A stretch of 64,000 nt of DNA from Monocercomonoides exilis PA203 (GCA_001643675.2 LSRY02000004.1:496001-560000); one strand, 5' to 3'. Counted from the first letter of the stretch, positions 11,784 through 22,833 are shown. The notes: generated by a model from the sequence alone, not told the origin. A program made the numbers and translations.

Positions 11784-14700
11784 TTAATTATTTTGAATTA
11801 ATTGCTGTCCAGTTATTTTTGAAATCTTTGTAAGCAACTTTTTTATACTTTCATAGCTCTCAGGTGTTTGAATCCAGTCTTCAATATTCTTTTTGGCCTT
11901 TTGTAAATGAGAAGGAACGGAGCGCATAGAGCCTGTTGAACTCGAACTTGTTCGAGACGCAGCATTAAAAAGAGAAGCAACAGAAGGATGCGAAGCAATT
12001 TGCTGAGAAACAAAAGTGATTTCAGTTTCTTCGGGTGCATGTGAAGCAATGACATCCACGTAATTGTCTGTTTCTGCTCGTATAAGATTCCTGAAGCAGC
12101 AAAGAGACCCAGGATGGAAAGATGTACATTGAGAAGAAGAAGAAGAAGAATTTGAAGCAAAAGGAAAGAATTGAGCGCTTCGTGAGATATGAATAGAAAG
12201 AGGAGTGGCCGAAGTGGTCTGATCAGCAACCATCAGGAACATCTCAGACAACTTCCGAGGATCCGCTTTCAATAATGATGCTTTTTTGTCCTTTTCTTCA
12301 TTCACATCAGAAGAAGAAGAAGAAGAAGAAGAAGAAGAAGAAAGTGATTCCTTCTCTTCTTTCTTCTCTGCATCTTTTGAAGAAACATCATCACTTTCAG
12401 CCTTTTGCCGAGAAGAAAACGAAGTCCTTTCGTATGAGACGATTTCAGAAGCATACAGAACAAGAAAGCATCCATCAAACTCATATCCACATGGCAGATG
12501 CAGAAGATCATCAACAGTTGTTGCGATTCTTGGCTGAGAATAAAGCGGATGAAGAATAAGAGTATTTCTAACAGGCTGTTGAATTGACAAATGCAAAGAT
12601 CCTCGTTGCCTGCGTACTTGAGAGTCTTCATTTTGTGTTTGAAGAGAAGTCTGTGCAGCTGCAGACTTTGGCAGAGCAACTGGAAATGGATTGTGCAGAT
12701 TGTTTGAGAGTGCTTCGAGTGAAACGTGTTGGATGAGTGTTCTGTTGGAAGTGCTGACAGAAGTGAATGGAACTACTATCCGATCAAAAGCAATGAGCTT
12801 CCTGAATTTCAAGTCAATTTCAGAAGAAATCGATTCTTCTGATGAAATAGATGACAAATGAATATCATTGGATTCTTTCTTTGGAGGAAGGGATGGTTCA
12901 TTTGGTTCGTCTTTTTCCATTGCATTTGACTGAATCTCATCACTTGATGCAGAAGACACCGCAGACAAAGAATTCGATGAAACTTCATCTTCTTTGCTTG
13001 ATGAAGATTCAGGAATAGCTTCTTCTTTTGACCCTTCTGAGCAGACCTCTGATTTCTCTTTTTCTTCATCAGAATCCATCTTTCCATCAGAATTCGCTTC
13101 TGTCTGTTGTTTATATGTTGATTCTTCTGGTTTACCTTCTGTTCCCTTTGCTTCGTCAGTCGAATTAGTTACAGTTTTCCCAAAGAACAAACTGAATGGT
13201 GAGTCGAAATCATTTTCTTCAAACACTTTCTTTTCTGGTGTTTTGGTAAGAGTTTGATCTTCTTCACTTTTTTCAGATTCGGTTTTTTCATTTTCAATTT
13301 CTTCTTTCCCCTTTTCTTTCTCTTTCTCTTTCTCCTCTTCTTTCTCTTCTTTCTCTTCCTTCACTTCTTTCACCTCTTCCTTTACTTTCTCTTCCCCTTC
13401 TTTCTGTTTTTGAGAGCCAGATATATTCTCTTTTAACTGTTCACTAGATGCTTCATTTTCTTTGTCTGAGCAGCTTGATAACTGGGACAAAACAACAGAC
13501 TTAAACGGATCAGACGGGAGAGACTGCCCCAAATCACTCGATTCTGTCAGAAGAGCAGCAACTGTGTCTGGAATGGTAAACGAGTCTTCATCATCTTCGG
13601 CTGATTGCAAAGATGAACTGCTTGAATGACTTGATTGATCATCGGTTGAAAGAGTAGTATGCTTTGGATCAATTGAATTATCACCCGTTTTTTCTAAATT
13701 ATTTTGATTGTTATTCTCCTTTTGATGACTGCTTTTCACTTTCTCATTTGAGTTCTTCCACAAGTTCATTGGAAACGAATTTATCACTTCAACTGAAGAA
13801 TTCTCATCAACATCAAGTTGCATTCCAGTCTGTACTCTTTCTGCTGGAAGAAGAATGTGCCTCTTTGTCATCGCTCGTGTTTGCGGCATCACAAAGTTGA
13901 ACCGAACAACGCATCCTTCTTTGAATGGCTCTTCTTCATTCTCGTCATCTGGGCGCCAGAATGTGAGGTATGTTGACTGAGGCACTTGCAACTCCACGTT
14001 CGAAGTGTTCATTGATAAATTGCATGAAGAATCATCAACCATCTTGCCACTGGAGAAACTTCCATCGCTCATTCCAGAAATATCACTGTTCATATTGAAA
14101 CTGTTTTGAATGTTGAAAGCTGCTGAATCATATGATTCTCTTGCTTCAGAATTCATCAACAAAACACTCTTTCTCTTTGCAATTCTTGGGATCTCCAGCA
14201 CATCTCTGACTTTCACTTTTCTGAATGGCGTGATGCTTCTCAATGCTGTGAATGAAGACAGCAACTGCTGCATTTCTGATGAAAGCTCGTTCTGTTTGGC
14301 TTCCAACTGTCTTAACTGCGCAGAAAGCTCAGAAGAGACAGTCGAATTAAATAAGCGTGACTGAGAAGAAGAAGCGGGCAAACGAGAAGAACGAGAAAAT
14401 GAACTGGCTGATGACAAAGAAGGGGAACTTATGTTCTGATGAAAATCTTCTTGTTCTGATGTTGATACATTTGATGTAAGCGATGAATGAACCGAAACCA
14501 TTGCAGCAAGTGACGGCGCAGAAGCGAGTTCTGATGCAAGCAGTTGCGTCTCTGGAGATTTGACCCCCAATTTTCGCATTGATGTGCTCAGCTTTTGTGC
14601 AAACTGATCCATAATTCTGAGTTCCTCTTTCTCCATCTCATGCTGCATCTGCACATTTAGCTGATCTGCTCGTTTTTCAAGCAATCTTTCAAAAAGTGTC

Positions 14701-17700
14701 TGTGCAATTGTTTCGCTTGCCTCACATCTCACAAATGAAAAAGAAGGCTTCGTAGCTGAAGCATCTTCCTCTTCGTCATCATCATTGAATTGATCGATTT
14801 CAGCAGCCTGCTTTCGTTTACCAGATCCTTCTGCAGAAAAAGCCAGTGACATTTTCCTAGCTCTTGTGGCAATAATCCTCTCCATCTCATCCCATCTCTC
14901 TTCCTTCACAAGATACTCCGTCGGATACACACGCTGAATGGCACACAAACACGAAGGCACAATGCCTCCGCCTGGTTTGATTGATCTCAGGAGAACAGGA
15001 AATGTGGGAGTTCTTTGGAATCCCAATCTGACATTCCATTTCGCTCTGCGTGTGCTGTTCACATGGAGTCTGAGGTAAGGCTGGTCGGCGAGTGGATTTG
15101 TTGGCGGAGCCAAAGAAGAGAAAGTGGATCCTTTTTGCTGGTCGAAAAGAGCAGAAAATGTTTTGATGAAATCTTCATTTGTGGAAGTCATGTTGAGAAT
15201 AGCTGCTTGTCTCATCTTTGACGAATTTGAAGAGGATGATGATGATGTAGCTTTTTGCTTCTCTTCTGCTGGTGCATTCTCGTTTTTCTTCTTCGATCCA
15301 CCAGATAATTTCTGAAGACATTCAAACACTATTTTCATTTCCTCGTCCATCAGCTTCTCATTCGCGTCAGTCACTCCATTTCTCATCAGCTCTTCTTTCC
15401 TCCTCTCAATGTACACCTCCTTCGCATCATCTACAACTGTCGAAATGCCCATCACACTCAACAGATCCAGCGGCGATGCTGGCAGCCTGTCCCCACCCAT
15501 CATTTCTGCCCCGCATATCCTCAGCTTCATTCCTTCTTTGATCTTTCCTTCAGCAACATAACCTGTGAGATACTCATCTAACTCACTCAGAATGGAGTAC
15601 CATCCATCAGACAGCTCCACAATGGCAGGTTCAAATGATAAAACAGACATTGGCATTGCAGACGATGCTGAAGACGTAGACGACGAAGAAGAGGCAGAAG
15701 TGGCATTGCGATCAGTAGTCGTTGTTGCTTTTGATGCTCCTGTCTGCCAGTCATCAAAGCTTTTCCTCCCAATTCTGACTATTCGTGCTACAAACAGCAC
15801 CATGTGCCTCCCCACATTCGCATCCCCTTCCATAATCATTCTCAAAGCTGATCTTTTCGCTCTCACAAATTCAGCGTCTGCCCGTTTCAGCAAATGGAAC
15901 AGCACGTTTTGCGGAGTAAGCAGCGAATGGCCAGAACGACATCCGTTCAATCTCCTCAGTTTCCGAATGCTTTTGGCAATCCTCCTTCGAGTTATGTCTG
16001 TTTTGTGGAATGCAGAAAGATGGGCAGAAGAGGCGTTTGATATGAATTGTGCGGAAGAAGGCCTCAGCTCAACTCCTCCCAATCCATCCAGCCAAAGAGT
16101 AGTATCCTCGTCCTGTTTGACTTTTAAACCAGTTGCTGGAATGTTTGTGCTTTGTTGAATGACAGTTGATGCTATTTCTTCTTCGTCTCGCTCGTCTTCT
16201 TCCCCTTCCGAACTGCCAAAGTTTGTATATGATCTAACTCCGTGTCCAAATGATGTCCCAGTCAGCTGATCAGTGTTTTTCTCCTTCCACCGTGCTGCGT
16301 TTGTTGTCTCCACAATCCGCTCTGCTTCTGCTTCCAAGCGTCTGTCTTCATCTTCCTCCACATCCTTTGCATTCCCCATTTGATACAGCCTCTCTTCCTC
16401 TTCCAACATCTCATTCTTTTCATCATCCTCCATCGTGTTTAGTACATCTTCCTCATCATTGTCATACATTCCTGTATCCTCGCTTGTCACATAACTGCCC
16501 AGTGTATATGGAAAGCATCGCTCCATTGCAGCTAATTTATATACAATCCACCGCCACTGTGTCAGAACCCATGGAAGAGTGATGAGTGCTGATATTGATG
16601 GAGGAAGTGGCTGAAGAGAACTTTGAACAGAAGAATGAGAAGGAAAAGTTGATGAAGATGATAACGATATTGGTGAGGTGAATGTACTGAAAGTTCCAGA
16701 ACTCCCTGACTGTGAAGTTGCATTAGCTGAGCTTGCAGATTGAGTGAGACAAATAAATGCCTCAAAAGGTCCCCATCTCCTGGGTTTGTCAATCGTGGAA
16801 GAAGAAGGCGCTGATAGAGAAGGCGATGGGAATGGTGGATTAAAACTGGGGTAGTTGTTCAAGTTGAACACAAAAAAGGCAGCAGACACAGATGTCATTT
16901 CGATGGATGCTCTGCTCAGCCAGCGGTGTAGCGTCTCTTGTGTGTGCAAAGACAAAGCAAGGAGACTGTGTTTCTGTGATGAGAAGTAGCCTGTACTGCT
17001 TGATGAAGACAACTGAGTCAATAAGTTTGACTCTCCCTTCTGCTGCTGCTGTTGCTGCACAATGTCCATCAATGACGATGGCGCTTCTGTTTGTTCGTGC
17101 TTCAGCCACTCAACCAGAGAAACCTTGCTCAGTTTTGGCGAAAGCGCAAGAACTGAAGCAAAAAGCGTACCAACATCACCCGGGGACACAGAAAGAGACG
17201 AAGCGCTTCCCTTTCGCATTTCGTCTTTCACTTTTTTCTCCAAGTCGTCCTGGACATTCTGCGAAGACATCATAAAATTAGACAGCTGGACGATCTCTTT
17301 GAAGGGCTTCTTCCACATCTGCAGCTCAATCAGCGGAGGCCGCTTGTTTTTCGACTGGAAAAGCGAAGTTTCAAGCAAAGACTGATTGTCAGGCAGACTC
17401 GACGCTGAAGCAGGCAATGGCTCGAACACAGCTGAACTGCCATCGACTATCATTTTCAGGGGTTCTTGTGTTGATATTGGATCGAAGGCTGCATTGCTTC
17501 CATTGAAGGTATTAGTTAAGGATGTATCTGTTGATTGCTCAAACGAAGATCCCATCTCAATCTCCTTTGCAGAAGAGTCACTGAGTGTTCTATTACAAAG
17601 TGAGTCATTTCCATTCATTGCCAATTGATCTGCTTCAAAGCTGATATTCTTTTCATTGCTCATACATTCACATCCTGGTTGAAGAGATGGAATTTCACTG

Positions 17701-20700
17701 TTCTTTCTGCCAGAAGTCACCCACACTCTGCTAATAGCCAATGACTGGTCAATAAGTGCAGTTGAAACAGAAGAAGCAGCCATTGATGCACTCATCAGTG
17801 TTGGAGGCGGGGGAAGAAGATGCTTTCCAGTTGGTGGAGTCGACAGAGCAGGCAGATGAGGAGGTGTATGAAACGAAGATGAAACAAGAGGTGGGGGAGG
17901 AGGAAGAGAAATGGGATCAGGGTGTGTCAGTGTCTGTTTGTTGATACCAATTTTGCGTGCAGTTGTGGGTGATAAAAGAGAAAGAAGTGCATTTGATTGG
18001 GATGAAGGAGGAGATACAGCCATTGGTGAAGATGTGCTGATGCTGTTGATGTTGATGCTAATGTTGGATGATGATGATGATGTTGCTGTTGATATTCCAT
18101 ATGTTGGAGTTGAGAGCGATGAAGATGCAGTTGAAATAGATGATGCCTGAAAAGAAGTAAACTGATTCTGAGGAGAAAAAGTGCTTGAAAATGATGATGA
18201 AGAAGAATTTTGTTGCTTTTCTGACTGAAAAGCAGGTTGTGGTTGAATTTGAGGAGGAGGAGGAGGTGGTGGTGGTGGAGGCGGAAGTGGCAAAGAACGA
18301 GAAAATGAAGAAGATGATGAGGACATTGACAAAGCCGAAGGTGTGGGAGAAAGGCTTTTGATCATTGCAGTTTGCTTGTTGGGTGTCTGGAAATCCTTCT
18401 GTGGATGAAGAAGAGGTTCATTTAACATCTGCTGTTGTTGAGATTGTTGTTGTGGATGAAGTGTTTTGATGGCTGAGTTGTTTGAGCGCACTCGACGGAA
18501 CGGTGTCTGTTTGGGGACTCTCAAATGTGGAGGAAGGAACGCAGTGGCACGAGAAGAGGAAGAAGAGGAGGAAGAAGAAGAGGAGGAAGAAGAAGAAGAG
18601 GAGGAGGAAGTGTTGGAATACATTCTCTTTGTTGGCTGAGGTGTGACAATAGAAGAGAGAGATGATTGTGGATTGGCAAGCGACAAATAGGATGATGTTG
18701 GAGATGAAGAAGATGGAGACGAAGAAGGAGAAGGAGAAGAAGAAGAAACTCCTGTAGACTTCAAAGGAGTTGCTTTGCTTACAATTGATTGCAGCTGCTG
18801 TTGCTGTCGAACGGCTTGTACAGAATGGAGAGAAAAGGAAGAAGGAAGAAGTGTTTTGGATGAAGGAGAGGTAGAGACAAGTGGAAGAGGAGGAGAATGA
18901 GAAGAATAGCGACTGGGAGATGGAGAAGCATCAGGAGAAAAGGAAGAGGAGGAAGGTGTGCTTGTTGGAGAAGATTCTCTGTTTATTGCACGGAAAGAAG
19001 GCGAGAAACGGCTTTCAATTGGAGTGTGGGAGGCCAGAGAGGAAGAGCGTCTGTTGGGAAAAGAAGAGGAGGAAGAAGAAGTTGAAGCAGAAGGAGAGAC
19101 AGAAGGAGAAGGAGAAGATGTAGTGACAGGGGAAGGTGAAGGAGAAGGTGATGAAGACGAAATGCTTGGTGACAAATGGGATGTTGAAATTGATGAACTC
19201 TGAGGTGATAGTGAAGAGAGCAGAGATTTTGCTGTTGATGCAGAAGCAGAAGTTTGCAAAGAAGGAGATGCATTTCTGTGAAAGGGGGTTTGGAACTGCG
19301 AGGAATAATCAGAAGATAAACTGCTTTTTCTATTCACTGATTCATTCTGTGCTTTCTCAATTCCTTCGTTCTCTTCTCTTTGCTCTTTCTTTTCATCTGC
19401 CTCTGCCTCTGCCTCTGCATCTGCTTCATCCATCAGCTTTTTTGCTTTGTCCAGCGACGCAGCTGAAAATGAGACTGGTTTAAAAGTGCGAGCAGATGAG
19501 AAAATCCCAACACTCTCAAATTTATTCGCATTGCCGAAAGAAGAACTGCCAAATTCTTCGATTTTGCTAAGTTCTTTCCCTTTAGCTTTTTCTTCTTTTT
19601 CATTTATCTCTTTATCTTCCTCTTCCTCTTTCTCCTTCTCCTCTTCTTTTTCATCATTTTCCCCTTCATCCTTCTCTTCATCCTCCTCCACCTCCTCCAT
19701 CATCCTTCGTGCTTTCTCCATCGCAGCACCAGAAAATGCAATAGGAGCCAGTGTGCGAGCAGAAGAAAACACACCTGGCTTCATCAAAGACAGCTTGTCA
19801 TTGAAAGATGGCTCATTCATGTTGGACGAAGAAGAATTGAATGGAAATGAGTCTTCGGTTGAAACATTGTTTTGACTGCTGTCTGCTTGTTCTTCTCTTC
19901 TTTTCCCTTCTTTCTCAATCATCTTCATTTCTTTGTCTTTTCTTTCTTCTCCATCTCCATCTCCATCTCTTTCTTTGCTACTCTCCTCTTCTTCATCCAC
20001 TTCCTTCATCATCTGCTTCGCCTTCTCCATTGCTTTGTCTGTCAGCTCAATCGGCTTCATCGTCCTGGCTGATGCAAATATCCCTCCTTTCATCACAAGC
20101 TCACTCATTTTGAATTCTTCTCTATTTTCCGATCCATTATTTTGAATTTTCTTTTTCTCCTCCTCCTCCTCCTCCTCCTCTTCTTCTTCTTTCTTTCTTG
20201 AATTTGTTTCTTCATTCAACTTGAAACTTCCAGCTGCTCTGAAAGATGGTGCATCCATTTCCTTATCTTCCTTCTCTTCTTTCTCTTTCTCTTGCTCACC
20301 TTCATCTTGACTGTCATCTTCGATATCCTTCATAAATCGACTTGCTTTCTTCAGTGCTGCTTCATCAAATTTTATCGTCTTCATCGTTCGTGCTGACATG
20401 AAAAGCCCTCCAGCAACAGCAGGAAAAGAAGATGCTGCTTCTTTTTCTTTTTCTTTTTCTTCGTCTTCTTCTTTTTCTTCTTTTTTTTCTTCCTTTTTCA
20501 TTTCGATGTTATTAAAATCTTTTTCATTTTGTGAATTCTGTTCATGTTTCAGTTCAAAACTTGCCTTTTGAAAGCTAACAGTATCTGCTTCTCCATCTTC
20601 TTTCCCATTTTCATTAAAACTGATTTTCTCGCTTTCTCCCCTCCCTTCCTCTTCCTCGTCTTCTTCAATCCACATCTTTCTTGCTTTCTCCAACGCTGCA

Positions 20701-22622
20701 GCTGAAATCCCACTCCCCCACATCTTCCTTTTCGGCTGCCAGTAATTCTTCTGACTGTCATTCTCTTGTTTATCCTTCTGTTCATTTGCCTTTTCAGTGA
20801 CTTTCGTTGTTAATGTGTTCTTTGAAGATCGAGGTGCATTGAAAGGTGCTGGTGGACGAAACGGCTTTGGCGGCTTAGAGCCACGTGAGGGAAGAGTGAT
20901 GGGGAGTAAGTCATCACTTTCATCAGAGAAAGAAGAGAACGAAGATGAACTCGAATGAAATGCAGTTTGGTTGGTTGATTCATTTTGCTGATTTGTTTTA
21001 TCAGAATCAGAAGAAGTGCTTGCATTCACAGAAATATCATTCGCAAAAGCACCACTTGTTGGAGATGAAGACATCATTGAAGAGACAGAAAAAAATGAAG
21101 CTGTTTTTATTTCAGCAGGAGCTTCTGTGAAGCCCTCAACTGGTGCTTGAATTTTATCTGTGAATGCCTCGTTTTCAGGAGTTGGAACACTTTCTCCGAT
21201 TTCCCATTCATTTTCGGCTTCTGCATCTACAACCACATCGCCTTCAAATGCAGCAAAAACGTCCATCTCATTGACAGGTTCTTTTGGAAGATCTATTTCT
21301 TTTTCTCCTCCTTCTCCTCCAACTTCATTGTTATCTTTGGCTTCTTCTTTCATTTCATCTGGTTGTTCCTTCAATCCTTCGTTTTTGGCTTTTTCTTCTT
21401 CTTCTTTTGTTTGTGATTTTTCAGACATAACCGAAGTGTCTGAAGTCACATGTTCATCATTAGAAATTGTCTCTTCATTCACGTTGCCTTTGTCTTTATC
21501 CAAAAGTTCGTCTTCGCCATGTGCTGTGACTGGTTCTGCTTCTTGTATTTCCTTTGGCATTTCCGCAGTTGTCTCGTCGAGCTCATCAATGAGAGCACCC
21601 GCTGTTGTTGGCGAAAATATGAGTCTATCAATAATATCTCCAAATGTATTTCCATCATCTGCATCCTTATCCGCTTTATCTTCTTGAACATCCGCTTCTG
21701 TGCTTCCGCTTTCAACTGGTTTTTCTTTGCCATTTTCTGTCGTTTCATTGCCGCAATTGGATTCATTTGTCGCAATTTCTTTGTTTTCTGTAGCTGTAAG
21801 AGCATCTTGCTTTTCAGGAGTTTGACCCGTATCTATGACGGGATCTGCGAATTCAGTATTTTCTTTCGTTAAAGCAGGTAATTCCCATTCACTATCATCT
21901 CCTCCAATCACGCTCATTGAGCGACTCCAGTTAAAAGGAATCGGAAATGTATTTTCTTCCATTTTTTCATCTGCAGGCTTGCTTTCATCTTTGGAAGTTC
22001 CTTCGTCCATCGTTTTTTCACTCAGTGAATCTTTTTCGGTTGTAGTAAAATGTATTATATTTTGCTCTTCATCCTTTCTTTGGACGCTTTTTTCTTCTGA
22101 AATATTTTCATTTGACATAAAAAATTCATTACATTTCGTGGTACCATCGCTTTTGTTGACGAGGTGTGCTTCATTTGAGATCAGATTCTCGCTCATTTCA
22201 TGTAAATCCTTCAATTTACCATCATTAGAATCTTGTTCAAGAAAAAAACTCCTTGAAGCATCTGATTGATTCGTATCTGTCTTGATTTCAGGCATAGAGT
22301 GCTGTAAGTCATTGTTTAATGAATGTTCTTCGGATTTCTGTAGAATTTGATGTGTATTCTTTGCTGGTGTTATTGATTTTCTTGAAATAGCTTTCAAATG
22401 CATAAGACGATTTCCACTTAAGCGAGATCCTGGTGAATGGGTTGGAGTTACATGCTGCAGTTTCAGACTTTGCTGAGAAAGAGAAGGTGAAATTGATGGA
22501 GGCATGGAATCTTGGTAACATAATGTTTGTTCTTGTTTGGTGTAATTTGTTTCTTTATTATCACTAATACTTTCTGAAGATGCATTTTCAGATAGCTGAA
22601 AAGACTGCGCTTCTTCTGACAT
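11784..22622 (-). CDS. BRCA2: BRCA2 homologue (~3,612 aa, apparently single exon): BRC repeats, helical domain and OB folds
   Basis: Helical domain WVLTQWRWIVYKLAAMERCFP and LLTPQNVL..L.KR.D.E....RSALRMIMEGD....RHMVLFV. OB1 IVELSDGWYS...GKIKEGMKLRICGA and LRLHVNSTRRAKWNVRLGF. OB2 GGIVP...IQRVYP. Four FxxA BRC-like repeats. First ATG at 22622; the ORF track starts at a GTG at 22640. Confidence 0.92.
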   Translation of the reverse strand: MSEEAQSFQLSENASSESISDNKETNYTKQEQTLCYQDSMPPSISPSLSQQSLKLQHVTPTHSPGSRLSGNRLMHLKAISRKSITPAKNTHQILQKSEEHSLNNDLQHSMPEIKTDTNQSDASRSFFLEQDSNDGKLKDLHEMSENLISNEAHLVNKSDGTTKCNEFFMSNENISEEKSVQRKDEEQNIIHFTTTEKDSLSEKTMDEGTSKDESKPADEKMEENTFPIPFNWSRSMSVIGGDDSEWELPALTKENTEFADPVIDTGQTPEKQDALTATENKEIATNESNCGNETTENGKEKPVESGSTEADVQEDKADKDADDGNTFGDIIDRLIFSPTTAGALIDELDETTAEMPKEIQEAEPVTAHGEDELLDKDKGNVNEETISNDEHVTSDTSVMSEKSQTKEEEEKAKNEGLKEQPDEMKEEAKDNNEVGGEGGEKEIDLPKEPVNEMDVFAAFEGDVVVDAEAENEWEIGESVPTPENEAFTDKIQAPVEGFTEAPAEIKTASFFSVSSMMSSSPTSGAFANDISVNASTSSDSDKTNQQNESTNQTAFHSSSSSFSSFSDESDDLLPITLPSRGSKPPKPFRPPAPFNAPRSSKNTLTTKVTEKANEQKDKQENDSQKNYWQPKRKMWGSGISAAALEKARKMWIEEDEEEEGRGESEKISFNENGKEDGEADTVSFQKASFELKHEQNSQNEKDFNNIEMKKEEKKEEKEEDEEKEKEKEAASSFPAVAGGLFMSARTMKTIKFDEAALKKASRFMKDIEDDSQDEGEQEKEKEEKEDKEMDAPSFRAAGSFKLNEETNSRKKEEEEEEEEEEEKKKIQNNGSENREEFKMSELVMKGGIFASARTMKPIELTDKAMEKAKQMMKEVDEEEESSKERDGDGDGEERKDKEMKMIEKEGKRREEQADSSQNNVSTEDSFPFNSSSSNMNEPSFNDKLSLMKPGVFSSARTLAPIAFSGAAMEKARRMMEEVEEDEEKDEGENDEKEEEKEKEEEEDKEINEKEEKAKGKELSKIEEFGSSSFGNANKFESVGIFSSARTFKPVSFSAASLDKAKKLMDEADAEAEAEADEKKEQREENEGIEKAQNESVNRKSSLSSDYSSQFQTPFHRNASPSLQTSASASTAKSLLSSLSPQSSSISTSHLSPSISSSSPSPSPSPVTTSSPSPSVSPSASTSSSSSSFPNRRSSSLASHTPIESRFSPSFRAINRESSPTSTPSSSSFSPDASPSPSRYSSHSPPLPLVSTSPSSKTLLPSSFSLHSVQAVRQQQQLQSIVSKATPLKSTGVSSSSPSPSSSPSSSSPTSSYLSLANPQSSLSSIVTPQPTKRMYSNTSSSSSSSSSSSSSSSSSSSRATAFLPPHLRVPKQTPFRRVRSNNSAIKTLHPQQQSQQQQMLNEPLLHPQKDFQTPNKQTAMIKSLSPTPSALSMSSSSSSFSRSLPLPPPPPPPPPPPQIQPQPAFQSEKQQNSSSSSFSSTFSPQNQFTSFQASSISTASSSLSTPTYGISTATSSSSSNISININSISTSSPMAVSPPSSQSNALLSLLSPTTARKIGINKQTLTHPDPISLPPPPPLVSSSFHTPPHLPALSTPPTGKHLLPPPPTLMSASMAASSVSTALIDQSLAISRVWVTSGRKNSEIPSLQPGCECMSNEKNISFEADQLAMNGNDSLCNRTLSDSSAKEIEMGSSFEQSTDTSLTNTFNGSNAAFDPISTQEPLKMIVDGSSAVFEPLPASASSLPDNQSLLETSLFQSKNKRPPLIELQMWKKPFKEIVQLSNFMMSSQNVQDDLEKKVKDEMRKGSASSLSVSPGDVGTLFASVLALSPKLSKVSLVEWLKHEQTEAPSSLMDIVQQQQQQKGESNLLTQLSSSSSTGYFSSQKHSLLALSLHTQETLHRWLSRASIEMTSVSAAFFVFNLNNYPSFNPPFPSPSLSAPSSSTIDKPRRWGPFEAFICLTQSASSANATSQSGSSGTFSTFTSPISLSSSSTFPSHSSVQSSLQPLPPSISALITLPWVLTQWRWIVYKLAAMERCFPYTLGSYVTSEDTGMYDNDEEDVLNTMEDDEKNEMLEEEERLYQMGNAKDVEEDEDRRLEAEAERIVETTNAARWKEKNTDQLTGTSFGHGVRSYTNFGSSEGEEDERDEEEIASTVIQQSTNIPATGLKVKQDEDTTLWLDGLGGVELRPSSAQFISNASSAHLSAFHKTDITRRRIAKSIRKLRRLNGCRSGHSLLTPQNVLFHLLKRADAEFVRAKRSALRMIMEGDANVGRHMVLFVARIVRIGRKSFDDWQTGASKATTTTDRNATSASSSSSTSSASSAMPMSVLSFEPAIVELSDGWYSILSELDEYLTGYVAEGKIKEGMKLRICGAEMMGGDRLPASPLDLLSVMGISTVVDDAKEVYIERRKEELMRNGVTDANEKLMDEEMKIVFECLQKLSGGSKKKNENAPAEEKQKATSSSSSSNSSKMRQAAILNMTSTNEDFIKTFSALFDQQKGSTFSSLAPPTNPLADQPYLRLHVNSTRRAKWNVRLGFQRTPTFPVLLRSIKPGGGIVPSCLCAIQRVYPTEYLVKEERWDEMERIIATRARKMSLAFSAEGSGKRKQAAEIDQFNDDDEEEDASATKPSFSFVRCEASETIAQTLFERLLEKRADQLNVQMQHEMEKEELRIMDQFAQKLSTSMRKLGVKSPETQLLASELASAPSLAAMVSVHSSLTSNVSTSEQEDFHQNISSPSLSSASSFSRSSRLPASSSQSRLFNSTVSSELSAQLRQLEAKQNELSSEMQQLLSSFTALRSITPFRKVKVRDVLEIPRIAKRKSVLLMNSEARESYDSAAFNIQNSFNMNSDISGMSDGSFSSGKMVDDSSCNLSMNTSNVELQVPQSTYLTFWRPDDENEEEPFKEGCVVRFNFVMPQTRAMTKRHILLPAERVQTGMQLDVDENSSVEVINSFPMNLWKNSNEKVKSSHQKENNNQNNLEKTGDNSIDPKHTTLSTDDQSSHSSSSSLQSAEDDEDSFTIPDTVAALLTESSDLGQSLPSDPFKSVVLSQLSSCSDKENEASSEQLKENISGSQKQKEGEEKVKEEVKEVKEEKEEKEEEKEKEKEKGKEEIENEKTESEKSEEDQTLTKTPEKKVFEENDFDSPFSLFFGKTVTNSTDEAKGTEGKPEESTYKQQTEANSDGKMDSDEEKEKSEVCSEGSKEEAIPESSSSKEDEVSSNSLSAVSSASSDEIQSNAMEKDEPNEPSLPPKKESNDIHLSSISSEESISSEIDLKFRKLIAFDRIVVPFTSVSTSNRTLIQHVSLEALSNNLHNPFPVALPKSAAAQTSLQTQNEDSQVRRQRGSLHLSIQQPVRNTLILHPLYSQPRIATTVDDLLHLPCGYEFDGCFLVLYASEIVSYERTSFSSRQKAESDDVSSKDAEKKEEKESLSSSSSSSSSSSDVNEEKDKKASLLKADPRKLSEMFLMVADQTTSATPLSIHISRSAQFFPFASNSSSSSSQCTSFHPGSLCCFRNLIRAETDNYVDVIASHAPEETEITFVSQQIASHPSVASLFNAASRTSSSSTGSMRSVPSHLQKAKKNIEDWIQTPESYESIKKLLTKISKITGQQLIQNN
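19430..20411 (-). repeat. Four BRC-like repeats within BRCA2
   Basis: LFMSARTMKTIKFDEAALKKASRFM, IFASARTMKPIELTDKAMEKAKQMM, VFSSARTLAPIAFSGAAMEKARRMM and IFSSARTFKPVSFSAASLDKAKKLM, separated by E/K-rich linkers. Confidence 0.8.
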
Positions 22623-22833
22623 GATAAGATTTACCACCACAAAATGGTAACGTCTTTTATTTTTCTCAAAAACAAAAAATATATTATGGGCAATTCACTT
22701 CACTAACAATTTTTTTATTGCAGTTGAATTTTCATTCTATTATAAAATAACTAAAAAATAAAGCCATAAAAACTCAAAACAACGCAAACAAAGGAATTTC
22801 GTATTGAAAAAAGAACAACAAAAACTCCAATAA

